Of a stretch of DNA of 64,000 nucleotides, positions 31,504 through 41,173 are shown piece by piece (the stretch's first letter is position 1; every line of letters starts with the position of its first letter). The position numbers and the translations under genes are program-made. Below the pieces are notes generated by a model, which was given only the letters and a program-made list of their open reading frames with translations, had not been told where the DNA came from and did no database searches. Origin of the DNA: Fimbriimonadales bacterium (GTDB taxonomy: Bacteria; Armatimonadota; Fimbriimonadia; Fimbriimonadales; JABRVX01); the NCBI GenBank assembly GCA_045862955.1, contig BTVI01000005.1, forward strand, positions 1-64,000, given 5' to 3'.

Positions 31504-32625
31504 CTACTCCGCGATGATCTCGACGTTAGCGCGCGGAATGACGACTTCTTCGCCGTTCTCGTTCAGCTTGGCGTACAGCACACGAACGTGCGCCCCGGAC
31601 TCGATCTCCCGGAGCTCTGGAGGGAGCTGCGTGACGGTGGCAAGAGCGCCGAAGTACGGCTCGCGGATGATACGAATGGGTTTTCCGATCTCGAGGGCCT
31701 GGTCCTCGACTACCTCAGCGGCTCCGCGGGGCTCCGACAGTGGCACGATGATCTCGGGTCGGATGACGCCGGCGCGAATCTGCGTGGCGCCGTTGATTGC
31801 TGCATCTCGGCCCTCGAGCGACTTCAGCAGCCGGAAGGTTCGGTCGGCCATACGCAACATGCCAAAGCCTTCGGTGACGATGAGCGTGAGGGGGATCTTC
31901 TCTTGTCCCGTGATGGCGACGCCGATGTCGAAGCCGAGGTACTCGATGAGATCGGAGTCCTTTACTCCACCACACACGATTCCCACCGCGCCAACCTCGA
32001 CCGCCCGTTTGATGCCGTCGGCAAGCACCCCCGCCCCACCCACGAGCACCTTGCCTTTGTGCTCCTCTGTGATGTGACGCGGTTCGAGGATGGTGTCCGG
32101 TCCCTCGACGGGCACCGCGAGCAGTCCGTGTCGCTCGCCACCGACGCCGAAGATGCCCTGAACGAAGGCTCCTTCGGTCTCGATGACGGCCCCGTCACCC
32201 TCCATCACCTCTACGACGCGCCCCATGATGTACGCCGTCTTCTCGATGGGGATGGGAGGCTCGCGGAGCGCCATGTGTCCCGATGCCTTGAACAGCGACT
32301 CGAAGGTGCCGTCGCAGGGGGCGGTTACGCTGGCTTTGAACAAGCCGAAGAAGCCTTTCGTCTCTGCGAGAAGTTGCCCCTTGGTGACCTTGTCCCCTTC
32401 CTTGACCAGAAGGTAGTTGTGGACCTCCCTCGCCTCCACGCCGAGCAACTCCGCCAACTTCACCGTCTGAATGAGGCCGGGTAGCTCGGCCCGGGCCACG
32501 ATCTGGTCGGGCTGGACCTGATCGCCGACTTTGACCAGCACCTGGCCTTTGATGGGAAGAAGACGGGTCTTGCGGATTACGGCCTGACCGCTGACGGTCA
32601 GGCCCGGGGTATATGCGGTTCCCAA
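31504..32625 (-). CDS. Conserved hypothetical protein with barrel-sandwich-hybrid-like repeats and a C-terminal KOW-like motif
   Basis: TTG start after AGGAGG; AYTPGL, VKVGDQV / VKEGDKV repeats and TQIRAGVIRPE. Confidence 0.8.
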   Translation of the reverse strand: MGTAYTPGLTVSGQAVIRKTRLLPIKGQVLVKVGDQVQPDQIVARAELPGLIQTVKLAELLGVEAREVHNYLLVKEGDKVTKGQLLAETKGFFGLFKASVTAPCDGTFESLFKASGHMALREPPIPIEKTAYIMGRVVEVMEGDGAVIETEGAFVQGIFGVGGERHGLLAVPVEGPDTILEPRHITEEHKGKVLVGGAGVLADGIKRAVEVGAVGIVCGGVKDSDLIEYLGFDIGVAITGQEKIPLTLIVTEGFGMLRMADRTFRLLKSLEGRDAAINGATQIRAGVIRPEIIVPLSEPRGAAEVVEDQALEIGKPIRIIREPYFGALATVTQLPPELREIESGAHVRVLYAKLNENGEEVVIPRANVEIIAE

Positions 32626-32991
32626 CGGATCCTCCTGACTTCCCTGGGGTCTCGCGGCACGATGCCTTCGCACCGCCCTGCGCAAGTGGGGCACCCGAAA
32701 CGCCGCCGGGGAGAAGAGTGTAGCACGGGCCAAGACACCGAAGTCAAACCAGGGTCTCAGAAGCGATGCCGTGTTATAATGTCACTGTCTCGATCTTGGC
32801 CGTGCAGTCCCGAGCGCAGCCCCGGCGTCGCTATCTCAGTCGGTCGGTGGTGCTGGGACCACTCGACAGACTGGACGGCCCGAGGTGCGAGACACTCTCG
32901 GAGTGGAGAAGTGCGTCCGCATCGGCGATCCGACTGAGGTCATCGAGCGGGCGCATCAATTTGGGAGGGACCCCGCCGCAGAAGGCCGGCG

Positions 32992-34389
32992 CTAGTCGTC
33001 GCTAGGCTCTGCAGTATCGGTGAGTACCGGTTCAGGACTAGCCTTCTCCGGCTCACGCTGCACTGGGGCCGGAGCAGCTTGACTTGGCCCCACGCGAACG
33101 ATGCGGGTCGAGGGGTTGTAGCGACTGCGGCCGAGGAAGTCTTTTCGCACCAACTTGTCCCCATCGTACACGTACCGCCATGCCGCGCAGCGGAAGCCGG
33201 CGCCACCCTTCTCCACGACTTTCTGCTGGCCCGGTGCGAGTGAGGGATCGGGGATTTTCTTCGTGGTGTAGCCCGTGGAGCTCTTGTCGGTCACCACCAG
33301 CTTATAGGTGAGCCCGCTCGGAGGTTTGGAGCCCAGTACGCGTACCGTGAGCCGGCCAGGCTTGTACTCGGTTACGAGCGCTATCGGGCCGCCGGTGTTG
33401 TTCTCGAACTTCAGGTCTTTGTTCCCGAAGTCTACGGTCGCATCGAGCCCGACGGGTACGTAGCCCACCACCATCTGGTGGTTGTGGCGTTCTCGAATCT
33501 TCAGGCCGGCGAGCAACGCCGCGTTGTAGGTGGTCGAGGACACCTGACACACCCCGCCGCCGATGCCCGGCACATGACGCCCGTTGGCGAAGATGGGAGC
33601 AATTCGGAAGCCTCGCGAAGCCGACCGCTTCCCTACCACGGTGTTGTATGAGAAGACCTCACCGGGCAAGAGCACCACTCCGTTGAGTTCCTGTGCAGCC
33701 AGCTTGATGTTGTGACTTCGGGAGGTCTCGCCCGCGCGGAAACTCGTGGTCTTGCTTGCCAGCTCATAGCGGATCGAAGCGAGCGCCTTGTCCCGCTCGT
33801 CTGGCTTCGGCTCAGTGAAGGGCGCCTCGATGGTGCGCATGCGCGTGCAGAGGGCTTGCTCGATTCGCCGCAGTGCCTCGTCCGCGTCGAATGCGCGGCC
33901 CGGCTCGCCGTGCACTACCGAGATGTTGCCGTCCACATACTCGATACGTGGTCTACCGCGAGGGCGGTCATAACGAGACATCCTCTTTACAAAGGCTGCG
34001 AAGGGCTCGTCCTCCACGACCCAGCGGAGGCACTGTGCTGCAGAGACCGTCTTGCCAGGTCGGTTGGCGGGGATGCGGAACATTTCGACCTGGCGAATTG
34101 CTGCGTCGAGCGAGGCTCGCGAGTCCACTCGTAAGCCGATCTCGTAAGGGGATACGGAGACGGACGGCGCAGCGGCATCCGGCACCGAGAGCCGGATTTC
34201 CTCTAGAAGCTCGGAATCCCAGTGGCGCAGGAGCTCTGCCTCGGCCTGCTCGCGGGTCAGGCCACCCACCGGAACGTCCGCAATTACGGTGCCGTTGGGG
34301 AAGCGCGGAGCAACCAGTGCAAGCGCAAGCGCAGCTCCTATCGCGCCGGCGGCCACGCACACCAGACTCCACAGCAGAAACCGTTTCAC
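32992..34389 (-). CDS. VanW family protein with PG-binding and G5-like domains
   Basis: RSHNIKLAA, FSYN and GGGVCQVSSTTYNA motifs; N-terminal TM. Confidence 0.92.
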   Translation of the reverse strand: MKRFLLWSLVCVAAGAIGAALALALVAPRFPNGTVIADVPVGGLTREQAEAELLRHWDSELLEEIRLSVPDAAAPSVSVSPYEIGLRVDSRASLDAAIRQVEMFRIPANRPGKTVSAAQCLRWVVEDEPFAAFVKRMSRYDRPRGRPRIEYVDGNISVVHGEPGRAFDADEALRRIEQALCTRMRTIEAPFTEPKPDERDKALASIRYELASKTTSFRAGETSRSHNIKLAAQELNGVVLLPGEVFSYNTVVGKRSASRGFRIAPIFANGRHVPGIGGGVCQVSSTTYNAALLAGLKIRERHNHQMVVGYVPVGLDATVDFGNKDLKFENNTGGPIALVTEYKPGRLTVRVLGSKPPSGLTYKLVVTDKSSTGYTTKKIPDPSLAPGQQKVVEKGGAGFRCAAWRYVYDGDKLVRKDFLGRSRYNPSTRIVRVGPSQAAPAPVQREPEKASPEPVLTDTAEPSDD

Positions 34390-34414
34390 GACTTTTCCAC
34401 CCTACTAGCTTCGC

Positions 34415-35836
34415 CTACGACTTTAGCTTCCAAGTCGTTCCAGTTGGCGAGTCCTCGAGCACGATGCCCAGTTGCTTCAGGTCCTCACGAACCATATCGG
34501 CGAGTTCGTATTGTTTCTGCTGTCGTAGCCTTGCTCTCCATGCAATCGCTTTCTCAATCAAACCAGTGAGCAACTCGTCCGAGTGGGCGTTCGCGCCCGA
34601 TTCCAAAGGCAAGCCGAGAATGCCTGCCATGAACCGTATCGCTTCGAGCAGCGAAACGACCGACTTTGCCGCGTCCGGGTCTTCCGCGGGGCTAGGCGAT
34701 TCGGACAACAGCTGGTTCAGGGCACTCACCGCCTCGAAGAGCGGTGCAAGTGCCTGAGCGGTGTTGAAATCATCGTCCATGGCCGCCGAGAACCGCTCGA
34801 TGTAAAGGTTGCCAGCGTCCGAGGGTTCCGGCTTGCTGTCACCCAGCCACCGCACGGCGTTGCGCACTGCGTTCTGGATGCGTCGGACGCCCGCCTCTGC
34901 CTGGTCCACACGGTCGTAGCTGAATTCTAACTCCGAAGTGTAGGACGTGCCCAGCAGGAACAAGCGAATGGCACCGGGCGAATAGCGCTCTACGACGTCG
35001 CGCAGAGCGGTCACGTTGCCGGTGGACTTGGACATCTTCTCGCCGCCGAGGGTCACCCTGCCCCAGTGCATCCAGTAGCGGGCGAAGATCTGCCCGTCTA
35101 GGTAGGCTTCGGACTGGGCGATCTCGTTCTCGTGGTGCGGAAACTTCAGGTCTGCACCGCCTGCGTGAATGTCGAACCCTGGGCCGAGGTACTTGATGCT
35201 GAGTGCGGAGCACTCGATGTGCCATCCCGGCCGACCAGGGCCCCAGGGGCTATCCCAGCTGGGTTCACCGGGTTTGGCGGCCTTCCAGAGCGCGAAGTCC
35301 TTCGGGTCGCGCTTTCGCTCGTCCACGGCGAGGCGCGCGCCGGCGATCATGTCGTCCGTCTTACGCCCCGACAGCTTGCCGTACTGCTCGAACTTCTCGA
35401 CCGAGTAGTAAACGTCGCCATCCAGTTCGTAGGCGTACCCCTTTTCGATAAGGCGCTGAACCATCTCGATGATGGAGTCCATATTCTCGGTTACGTACAC
35501 CCACTTCGCCGGGATGACGCCGAGCTGTTCGAGGTCGTGGAGGTACTTCTCGCCATACTTGCGCGCGACGTCCGCAGCCGAAATGCCTTCCTCCGCCGCT
35601 CGGTTGATGATCTTGTCGTCTACGTCGGTGAAGTTCTGGACGAACTCGACCTCGTACCCTCGGTGCATGAGCCATCGGCGGACGACATCGAAGAACACCG
35701 CTCCGCGCATGTGTCCGAGGTGCGCGGGAGCTTGAGGCGTTAGGCCGCAGGCATAGATGGTTACCTTGCCTGGGTCACGCGGGACGAAGTCGGTCTTCGT
35801 GCGGGTAAGCGAGTTGTATATTCTTATTTGCGCCAT
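34415..35836 (-). CDS. cysS: Cysteine--tRNA ligase
   Basis: [32 protein letters not shown] and KMSKS. Confidence 0.98.
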   Translation of the reverse strand: MAQIRIYNSLTRTKTDFVPRDPGKVTIYACGLTPQAPAHLGHMRGAVFFDVVRRWLMHRGYEVEFVQNFTDVDDKIINRAAEEGISAADVARKYGEKYLHDLEQLGVIPAKWVYVTENMDSIIEMVQRLIEKGYAYELDGDVYYSVEKFEQYGKLSGRKTDDMIAGARLAVDERKRDPKDFALWKAAKPGEPSWDSPWGPGRPGWHIECSALSIKYLGPGFDIHAGGADLKFPHHENEIAQSEAYLDGQIFARYWMHWGRVTLGGEKMSKSTGNVTALRDVVERYSPGAIRLFLLGTSYTSELEFSYDRVDQAEAGVRRIQNAVRNAVRWLGDSKPEPSDAGNLYIERFSAAMDDDFNTAQALAPLFEAVSALNQLLSESPSPAEDPDAAKSVVSLLEAIRFMAGILGLPLESGANAHSDELLTGLIEKAIAWRARLRQQKQYELADMVREDLKQLGIVLEDSPTGTTWKLKS

Positions 35837-36507
35837 AACCTCGGACGGCGGCCGTTCGATTCGACAACATCCTCGAGCCTCTGTTCGAGCTGCCTAATCC
35901 GCTCCGCGAGTTCGAGTAGGGTCTCGTCCTCGGGGTCCAAGCGGTTCAGGACGTTGTCCATCACCGGCTCCTCCTGCGGAACCTTTCCGCCGTCGCGAAT
36001 TATGACGCGTCCCGGCACTCCGACCACGGTGCAGTTGGGCGGCACGTCCTTGTTCACGACAGCGTTCGCGCCAATTCTACAATGGTCGCCGATCGTGACG
36101 GGTCCTATGATCTTCGCTCCCATGCCAATCAGGACGCTATTCCCAATGGTGGGGTGGCGCTTGGTCTTCTCTAGCGACGTTCCTCCCAGGGTGACGCTGT
36201 GGTAGATGAGGCAGTCGTCGCCGACCTCGGCCGTCTCGCCTATGACGATCCCCATGCCATGGTCTATGAACACTCGCCTCCCGATTTTGGCTGCGGGATG
36301 GATCTCCACGCCGGTAAGGCTGCGGGATATGTTGGAATACATCCTCGCGAGAGTCTTGAGCCCGAGGCGCCACAGCAGGTGGGCCGCTCGGTAATGCCAG
36401 ATGGCCCATAGACCGGGATAGGTGAGCACCTCGAAAATATTCCTGGCCGCTGGGTCCTTGCGGAACACGGTTCGGATGTCTTCGGCTGCCCTGCGGAAGA
36501 TGTTCAT
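35824..36507 (-). CDS. cysE: Serine O-acetyltransferase
   Basis: [21 protein letters not shown] and KRHPT; adjacent to cysS. Confidence 0.96.
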   Translation of the reverse strand: MNIFRRAAEDIRTVFRKDPAARNIFEVLTYPGLWAIWHYRAAHLLWRLGLKTLARMYSNISRSLTGVEIHPAAKIGRRVFIDHGMGIVIGETAEVGDDCLIYHSVTLGGTSLEKTKRHPTIGNSVLIGMGAKIIGPVTIGDHCRIGANAVVNKDVPPNCTVVGVPGRVIIRDGGKVPQEEPVMDNVLNRLDPEDETLLELAERIRQLEQRLEDVVESNGRRPRLWRK

Positions 36508-36627
36508 TCACTAGCCTCTGAGAAGGCAGAAAGTATACCAATCGTAACGTTGGCAGGACTACAATCGGCGGCACCCGTCCCGGGACCGACTGCCTACCGG
36601 CTGCCCTCTCTGGGGCACCCCGACTCA

Positions 36628-36668
36628 ACCCTCACCTCTATCCTCTCCCTTAGGAAGGGAGAGGAAGG
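36628..36668. repeat. REP-like palindrome family B (ACCCTCACC...CCTCTCCC-loop-GGGAGAGG)
   Basis: Further copies at 48122-48160 and 57734-57773. Confidence 0.75.
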
Positions 36669-36750
36669 CAACCTACCCTTGCCCGGCATCGGGGGAGAGG
36701 GCGTTGCATCGCTGCTGGTAGTCTGGCCGCAGATCGAAGAGCAAGGCGTT

Positions 36751-36903
36751 TGGGAGTGCGCGAGCCTGCTCGCGCTTTCGAGGGGTCCGACTCTTCATAC
36801 TGTGTCCGAAGGAGAGGTTGCGCGCACAACGCCTACCAAAGCGCGAGCAGGCTCGCGGAATCCCGAACGCCACCAAAGCGCGAGCAGGCTCGCGCACTCC
36901 CAG
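36751..36903. repeat. REP-like family C (GGGAGTGCGCGAGCCTGCTCGCGCTTT), three copies, one forward and two inverted
   Basis: Copies at about 36751, 36837 and 36874. Confidence 0.8.
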
Positions 36904-36913
36904 ACTTGACACC

Positions 36914-38677
36914 CTATTCCGTCGGAAGCTCGGAGCGCATGCGGGCGATCAGGTCCTCCAGGGACATGGGGCCGAGATCGCCTTGCCCTCGGGCTCGCAC
37001 GGAGATCGAGCCCGAGGCCACTTCCTTGTCACCACACACCAGCGTGTAAGGGTTCTTCTGCTTTTCCGAGTCGCGTATCTTGTGACCCACGGTCTCTCGG
37101 CGATCGTCCAGCGTCACGCGAAAACCTTCGGCGGCGAGGCGATCTCGCACGGTGGCACCGTATTCGGCGTGGCGGTCTGCGATGGGTACTACCACGGCCT
37201 GAACGGGAGCGAGCCACAGCGGGAAGGCACCCGCGTATAGCTCGATCAGGTAGGCCATCATGCGGTCGAAAGAACCTATGGGTGCCCGGTGGAAAACGAC
37301 GGGCCTGTGCTCCCTACCATCCTCGCCGATGTAGTGCATGTCGAACGTCTCGGGTGCTAACAGGTCTAGCTGGATGGTGGATGCAGTCTCTTCACGACCC
37401 AGAGCGTCCTGAAGCTCCACGTCGATCTTCGGTCCATAGAATGCGGCCTCGCCTTTCACTGCCATGTAGTCGCGGCCCATCTCGTCCATGGCACGTCTTA
37501 GTTCGGCTTCCGCCATCTCCCACTTCTCGAGGTCGCCGTGATACTTCTCTTTGTCGTTCAGGTCCGGGAGCGAGAGGCGATACCAGTACATGTCCTCGGG
37601 GATCTGCAAGCGGCGATACACCTCTTCCAGCATGAGAACGTGGTGCTTTACCTCGTCGCCGATCTGGTCGGGCCGCACGAAACAGTGTGCATCGTTGATA
37701 GTGAAGCAGCGTACGCGCATCATGCCAGACAGCACGCCGGAGCGCTCATAACGGTACACGGTACCTGGCTCGCCGATGCGTAGCGGAAGGTCTCGGTAGG
37801 ATCTCACCTCGGCCTTATAGATCATGTAGTGGTGCGGGCAGTTCATGGGACGTAGCACGAACTCCTCGCCATCCAGGTCCATGATGGGATACATGCTCTG
37901 CTTGTAGTGGGCGAGGTGGCCGGACTGGCGGTACAGCGAGGCTTTGGCGAGCGCGGGAGTTAGCACGTGCCAGTATCCGTGCCGCTCCTCTACGCCGTGG
38001 ATGTACTCCTCGAGCAGCTTGCGTATCACAGCGCCCTTGGGAAGCAGCATCGGCAGTCCGCTGCCTACCTCGGGCGAGATCATGAAGATGCCGAGTTCTT
38101 TGCCCAACCGCCTGTGGTCGCGCAGCTTCGCGTCTTCCACGCGCTTTAGGTACGCGTCGAGTTCCTCCTGAGTGAACCATGCGGTGCCGTAGATGCGTGT
38201 CAGCATCTTGTTCCGCTCGCTGCCCTTCCAATAGGCACCGGCGATACTCAGCAGCTTGAAGTACTGGATAACATGGGTGTCCTCGACGTGAGGGCCTCGG
38301 CACAGGTCTACGAAGTCCCCCTGCTTATAGAAACTAATCGTTTCGCCTTCTGGGATGTCGGCGAGTAGCTCTAGCTTGTAGGGGTCGTCCGGATGATGCT
38401 CCTCGATGTACTTGCGTGCCTCATCGCGCGGCAGCTCGAAGCGCTCGATGGGCTGGGAAGCATCCGCCAGCTCGTGCATCCGCTGCTCGATCTTGGGAAG
38501 GTCCTCCTCCGTGATCGGATGCGGCAGGTCGAAATCGTAGTAGAACCCGTTCTCGATGGGCGGGCCGATCCCGAGCTTAGTGCCTGGGAAGAGCTGGGTG
38601 ACGGCCTGAGCCATCAGATGGGCGGCGGAGTGCCGGAGCCTGAAGATGGGCTGTTCGGCGTACGGCTGCTTGAGCAT
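36914..38677 (-). CDS. thrS: Threonine--tRNA ligase (short form without TGS domain)
   Basis: RHSAAHLMA, DLCRGPH, RDHRRLG, PMNCPHH and AAFYGPK. Confidence 0.98.
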   Translation of the reverse strand: MLKQPYAEQPIFRLRHSAAHLMAQAVTQLFPGTKLGIGPPIENGFYYDFDLPHPITEEDLPKIEQRMHELADASQPIERFELPRDEARKYIEEHHPDDPYKLELLADIPEGETISFYKQGDFVDLCRGPHVEDTHVIQYFKLLSIAGAYWKGSERNKMLTRIYGTAWFTQEELDAYLKRVEDAKLRDHRRLGKELGIFMISPEVGSGLPMLLPKGAVIRKLLEEYIHGVEERHGYWHVLTPALAKASLYRQSGHLAHYKQSMYPIMDLDGEEFVLRPMNCPHHYMIYKAEVRSYRDLPLRIGEPGTVYRYERSGVLSGMMRVRCFTINDAHCFVRPDQIGDEVKHHVLMLEEVYRRLQIPEDMYWYRLSLPDLNDKEKYHGDLEKWEMAEAELRRAMDEMGRDYMAVKGEAAFYGPKIDVELQDALGREETASTIQLDLLAPETFDMHYIGEDGREHRPVVFHRAPIGSFDRMMAYLIELYAGAFPLWLAPVQAVVVPIADRHAEYGATVRDRLAAEGFRVTLDDRRETVGHKIRDSEKQKNPYTLVCGDKEVASGSISVRARGQGDLGPMSLEDLIARMRSELPTE

Positions 38678-38979
38678 GAAGACCTCCCCTACCAAGGGAA
38701 TTGGGATTGGCGGCGATTATACCGGCCCGGTCCCTTCTTGAGTATCGGTAGGTTATACGGAGCCTGTACCGGCACGGTCGCTGCGAGGCCTGGCTCAGGA
38801 CGGTCGCTTGATGGGGCGCGACGCGGGCCGGGGCATGGACAGCGCATCATCAGCCACCTCATCTCTTCACTCCCGCGGCAGCGGCAACGAAGTCGTGCCA
38901 AAGGCAGGAAGGGTCGCTAGTTTAGCGAAAGTGCACCGCGAGGACCTTGGGGGACCCACGTTGCCTTTGGAGAGCACGA

Positions 38980-40080
38980 ATGAACGCCTCGCCCGAACTT
39001 CGCAACAAACTCGAAAGATGGCTCGAGAAGGTTCGCGGCTATCGCGAGAACCCGCCGCCCAACGAGTCCACGACGTGCTACTGGGTCATCGATCCCCTGC
39101 TCGAGGCACTCGGATACGAAAGGGAGGACATCGAGCCCCAGGTCGGTGACGTAGCAAGGCAGTACCCCGACTACACAATTATGCCTCGGTCGGACTCCAC
39201 GTGGTATATCGAGGCGAAGCAGTGGAAAGACAGTCTCGATGACCTTCAGGCCTCGCAGGCCCTAACCTACGCAAACAATAACGGTCGGCGATTCGTGCTG
39301 CTCACGAACGGTAGGGATTGGCGGCTGTACGACAACGATCGTAGAGGTACCATTCGTGAGAAGCTGGTGGCACGAGCCGAGCTGGACGACGGCGACGGAT
39401 TGGTGCAACTACTCACGGCCCTCAGCAAGACTGCGGTCACGAGCAGGCGCCTAGACGCTTTCGCCGACCGGTTTCGCATTCGCAGTCTCTTGGAGGAAGG
39501 CCTCACGGATCCAAAGGGGGAGATCGTCAAGGCCATCGGCCGCGCCTTGGCGAGGACCTATCCGGAACTCGGAAGGTTGAGCACTAGCGAGCTCGCCGAG
39601 TGCCTCTCGGAAATCCTTCACCCACGAGAGCCCATCTCGTTGGATACCGGGCGGACGGGGACTGGGGAGGAGAAGGTCCCGGATCGGCCTCAGGTAAGCA
39701 GCGCCACATTGAAGGACTTGGCAGAAAGGCGTGTCGACCCGACGGGCAGGAATCTCCAGTCGGTCCGACTCCCTACGGGCGAGACCCTCGACATCCGCAC
39801 TTGGCGTGACCTGATGCTACGCGTTGTGGAGTGGGCTGACCGCCAAAAGCCGATTCCGGTGCCTTTCAGAGGGCAATCGCGGGGAAAGCGCCTGTTCATC
39901 AACAAGAGTCCCGTGCATGAGGACGGCCACGGCATGCGTGGCTACTATCAGATTACGCTTTCCACCGGAACGGGGTACGTTGACGTCTTTCGGTCGGCCC
40001 GAGACTTCGCCAGGTCCCTAGCGACCCTCTGCGAATCGCTGGGCATGGACCCATCCGAGATTGTCGTAGAGCTCTCCTAG
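38980..40080 (+). CDS. HsdR N-terminal-like PD-(D/E)xK nuclease with an extra C-terminal domain
   Basis: NE...IDPLLEALGY, YPDY, IEAK, QALTYA and LTNG..WRLY. Confidence 0.82.
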   Translation: MNASPELRNKLERWLEKVRGYRENPPPNESTTCYWVIDPLLEALGYEREDIEPQVGDVARQYPDYTIMPRSDSTWYIEAKQWKDSLDDLQASQALTYANNNGRRFVLLTNGRDWRLYDNDRRGTIREKLVARAELDDGDGLVQLLTALSKTAVTSRRLDAFADRFRIRSLLEEGLTDPKGEIVKAIGRALARTYPELGRLSTSELAECLSEILHPREPISLDTGRTGTGEEKVPDRPQVSSATLKDLAERRVDPTGRNLQSVRLPTGETLDIRTWRDLMLRVVEWADRQKPIPVPFRGQSRGKRLFINKSPVHEDGHGMRGYYQITLSTGTGYVDVFRSARDFARSLATLCESLGMDPSEIVVELS

Positions 40081-40274
40081 GGCCCTTGTCGTGACGGCGT
40101 GAAGCCGCTGCGAAGTTACGTGGTTATTTAGGATCGCTGTCCCATGTCACCACTGCGCCTGACGGATCGGTCGCTGAGACGCGAGAGCATCCCAGCGGCG
40201 CACTGAATCGTCGTTCCCCTACGGTGGAGCTACTCACCTGAGCGGAGAAACTAGGCGATCTCGGTGGGAGGAAT

Positions 40275-40466
40275 CTACTCGGGGGTCTTCGTCTCTTCTG
40301 GTTCCCCTTCCACGGTCTCTCGCACGACCCTTTGGGACTCGCGAATGCCCTTCTGCAACTCGCCGACGGCCTGCCCGACCGAGCGGGCCAACTCGGGAAT
40401 GCGCTTGGCGCCAAAGAGCACGAGGATGAGGATGCCACCGACGACGAGTTCAGGCGTACCGATCAC
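40275..40466 (-). CDS. tatA: Twin-arginine translocase TatA/E
   Basis: GTPEL...VLFGAKRIPELARSVG; GGAGG SD. Confidence 0.93.
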   Translation of the reverse strand: MIGTPELVVGGILILVLFGAKRIPELARSVGQAVGELQKGIRESQRVVRETVEGEPEETKTPE

Positions 40467-40565
40467 AATTGAACCTCCACCCGCCACAGCCGAACGAAGC
40501 GGTGTAGGCGGACAACCTTATTATACGTCTTTGGAGCCCGCTTTGGTTGACTTCGCGTTGCGGTA

Positions 40566-41129
40566 TCAGCGACGCGGCGCGGGGCTCGGCTGGAATCGGA
40601 CCGATCCATCCGCAAACGCCGCGTTGTTACCGGGGCCCGACTTCGTGCGGTGGCGGCCTTCCGGCGGCAGGCTGGTGACGGGGTCGGCGGCGTTTCGCGC
40701 GAGGTTGGCCGAGTCGTACAGAAGGAAGGTGAGGCGGGGAGCGGCGATACGCGGGAGCGGCCGGGCGGCGAGATCCGCGTTCAACGCATAGCCGTACCTG
40801 TCCGACTCTGAACCGAACACCGGACACCGCAGGGAACGGCTCGAGGAGAGGTTCGGTCGTAGCGCGTCCATCCACACGGCGGCTGGAGGAAAGTAGCCGG
40901 AGTGGTCCTCGGCATACGCCAGGGCGGCTTGCGAGAGCAGGCGGAGGCGCGACTGACACCGATCGGTGTTACGTTCGGCCCACTGCAGGCTTAGTTTGGG
41001 GAACGCGATTGCGAGGAGCGCGCCCGACAAAACCAACAGCGTCCCGAACGCGACCAGCACCCACACGATGACACGCGCCCTTCGGCGAACCACATCGCGA
41101 TTATGCGGAAGCCGCGTCGGTCGGGTCAA
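40566..41129 (-). CDS. Pilin-like protein with a C-terminal H-X9-DG-type motif
   Basis: TM, CQSRLRLLSQAALAYAEDH..YFP, YGYALN and RH...NNAAFADGSVR; start uncertain. Confidence 0.75.
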   Translation of the reverse strand: MTRPTRLPHNRDVVRRRARVIVWVLVAFGTLLVLSGALLAIAFPKLSLQWAERNTDRCQSRLRLLSQAALAYAEDHSGYFPPAAVWMDALRPNLSSSRSLRCPVFGSESDRYGYALNADLAARPLPRIAAPRLTFLLYDSANLARNAADPVTSLPPEGRHRTKSGPGNNAAFADGSVRFQPSPAPRR

Positions 41130-41173
41130 CCGAAGGGCGAAAGGAGCCCGGTCGGCTGGGGCATAATGGCGGC

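Noticed and set aside
36508..36620. SAM riboswitch or T-box upstream of cysE-cysS, or T-box upstream of thrS
   Set aside because: No consensus elements; -10 boxes (TATACT, TATAAT) lie close to the starts, leaving short leaders
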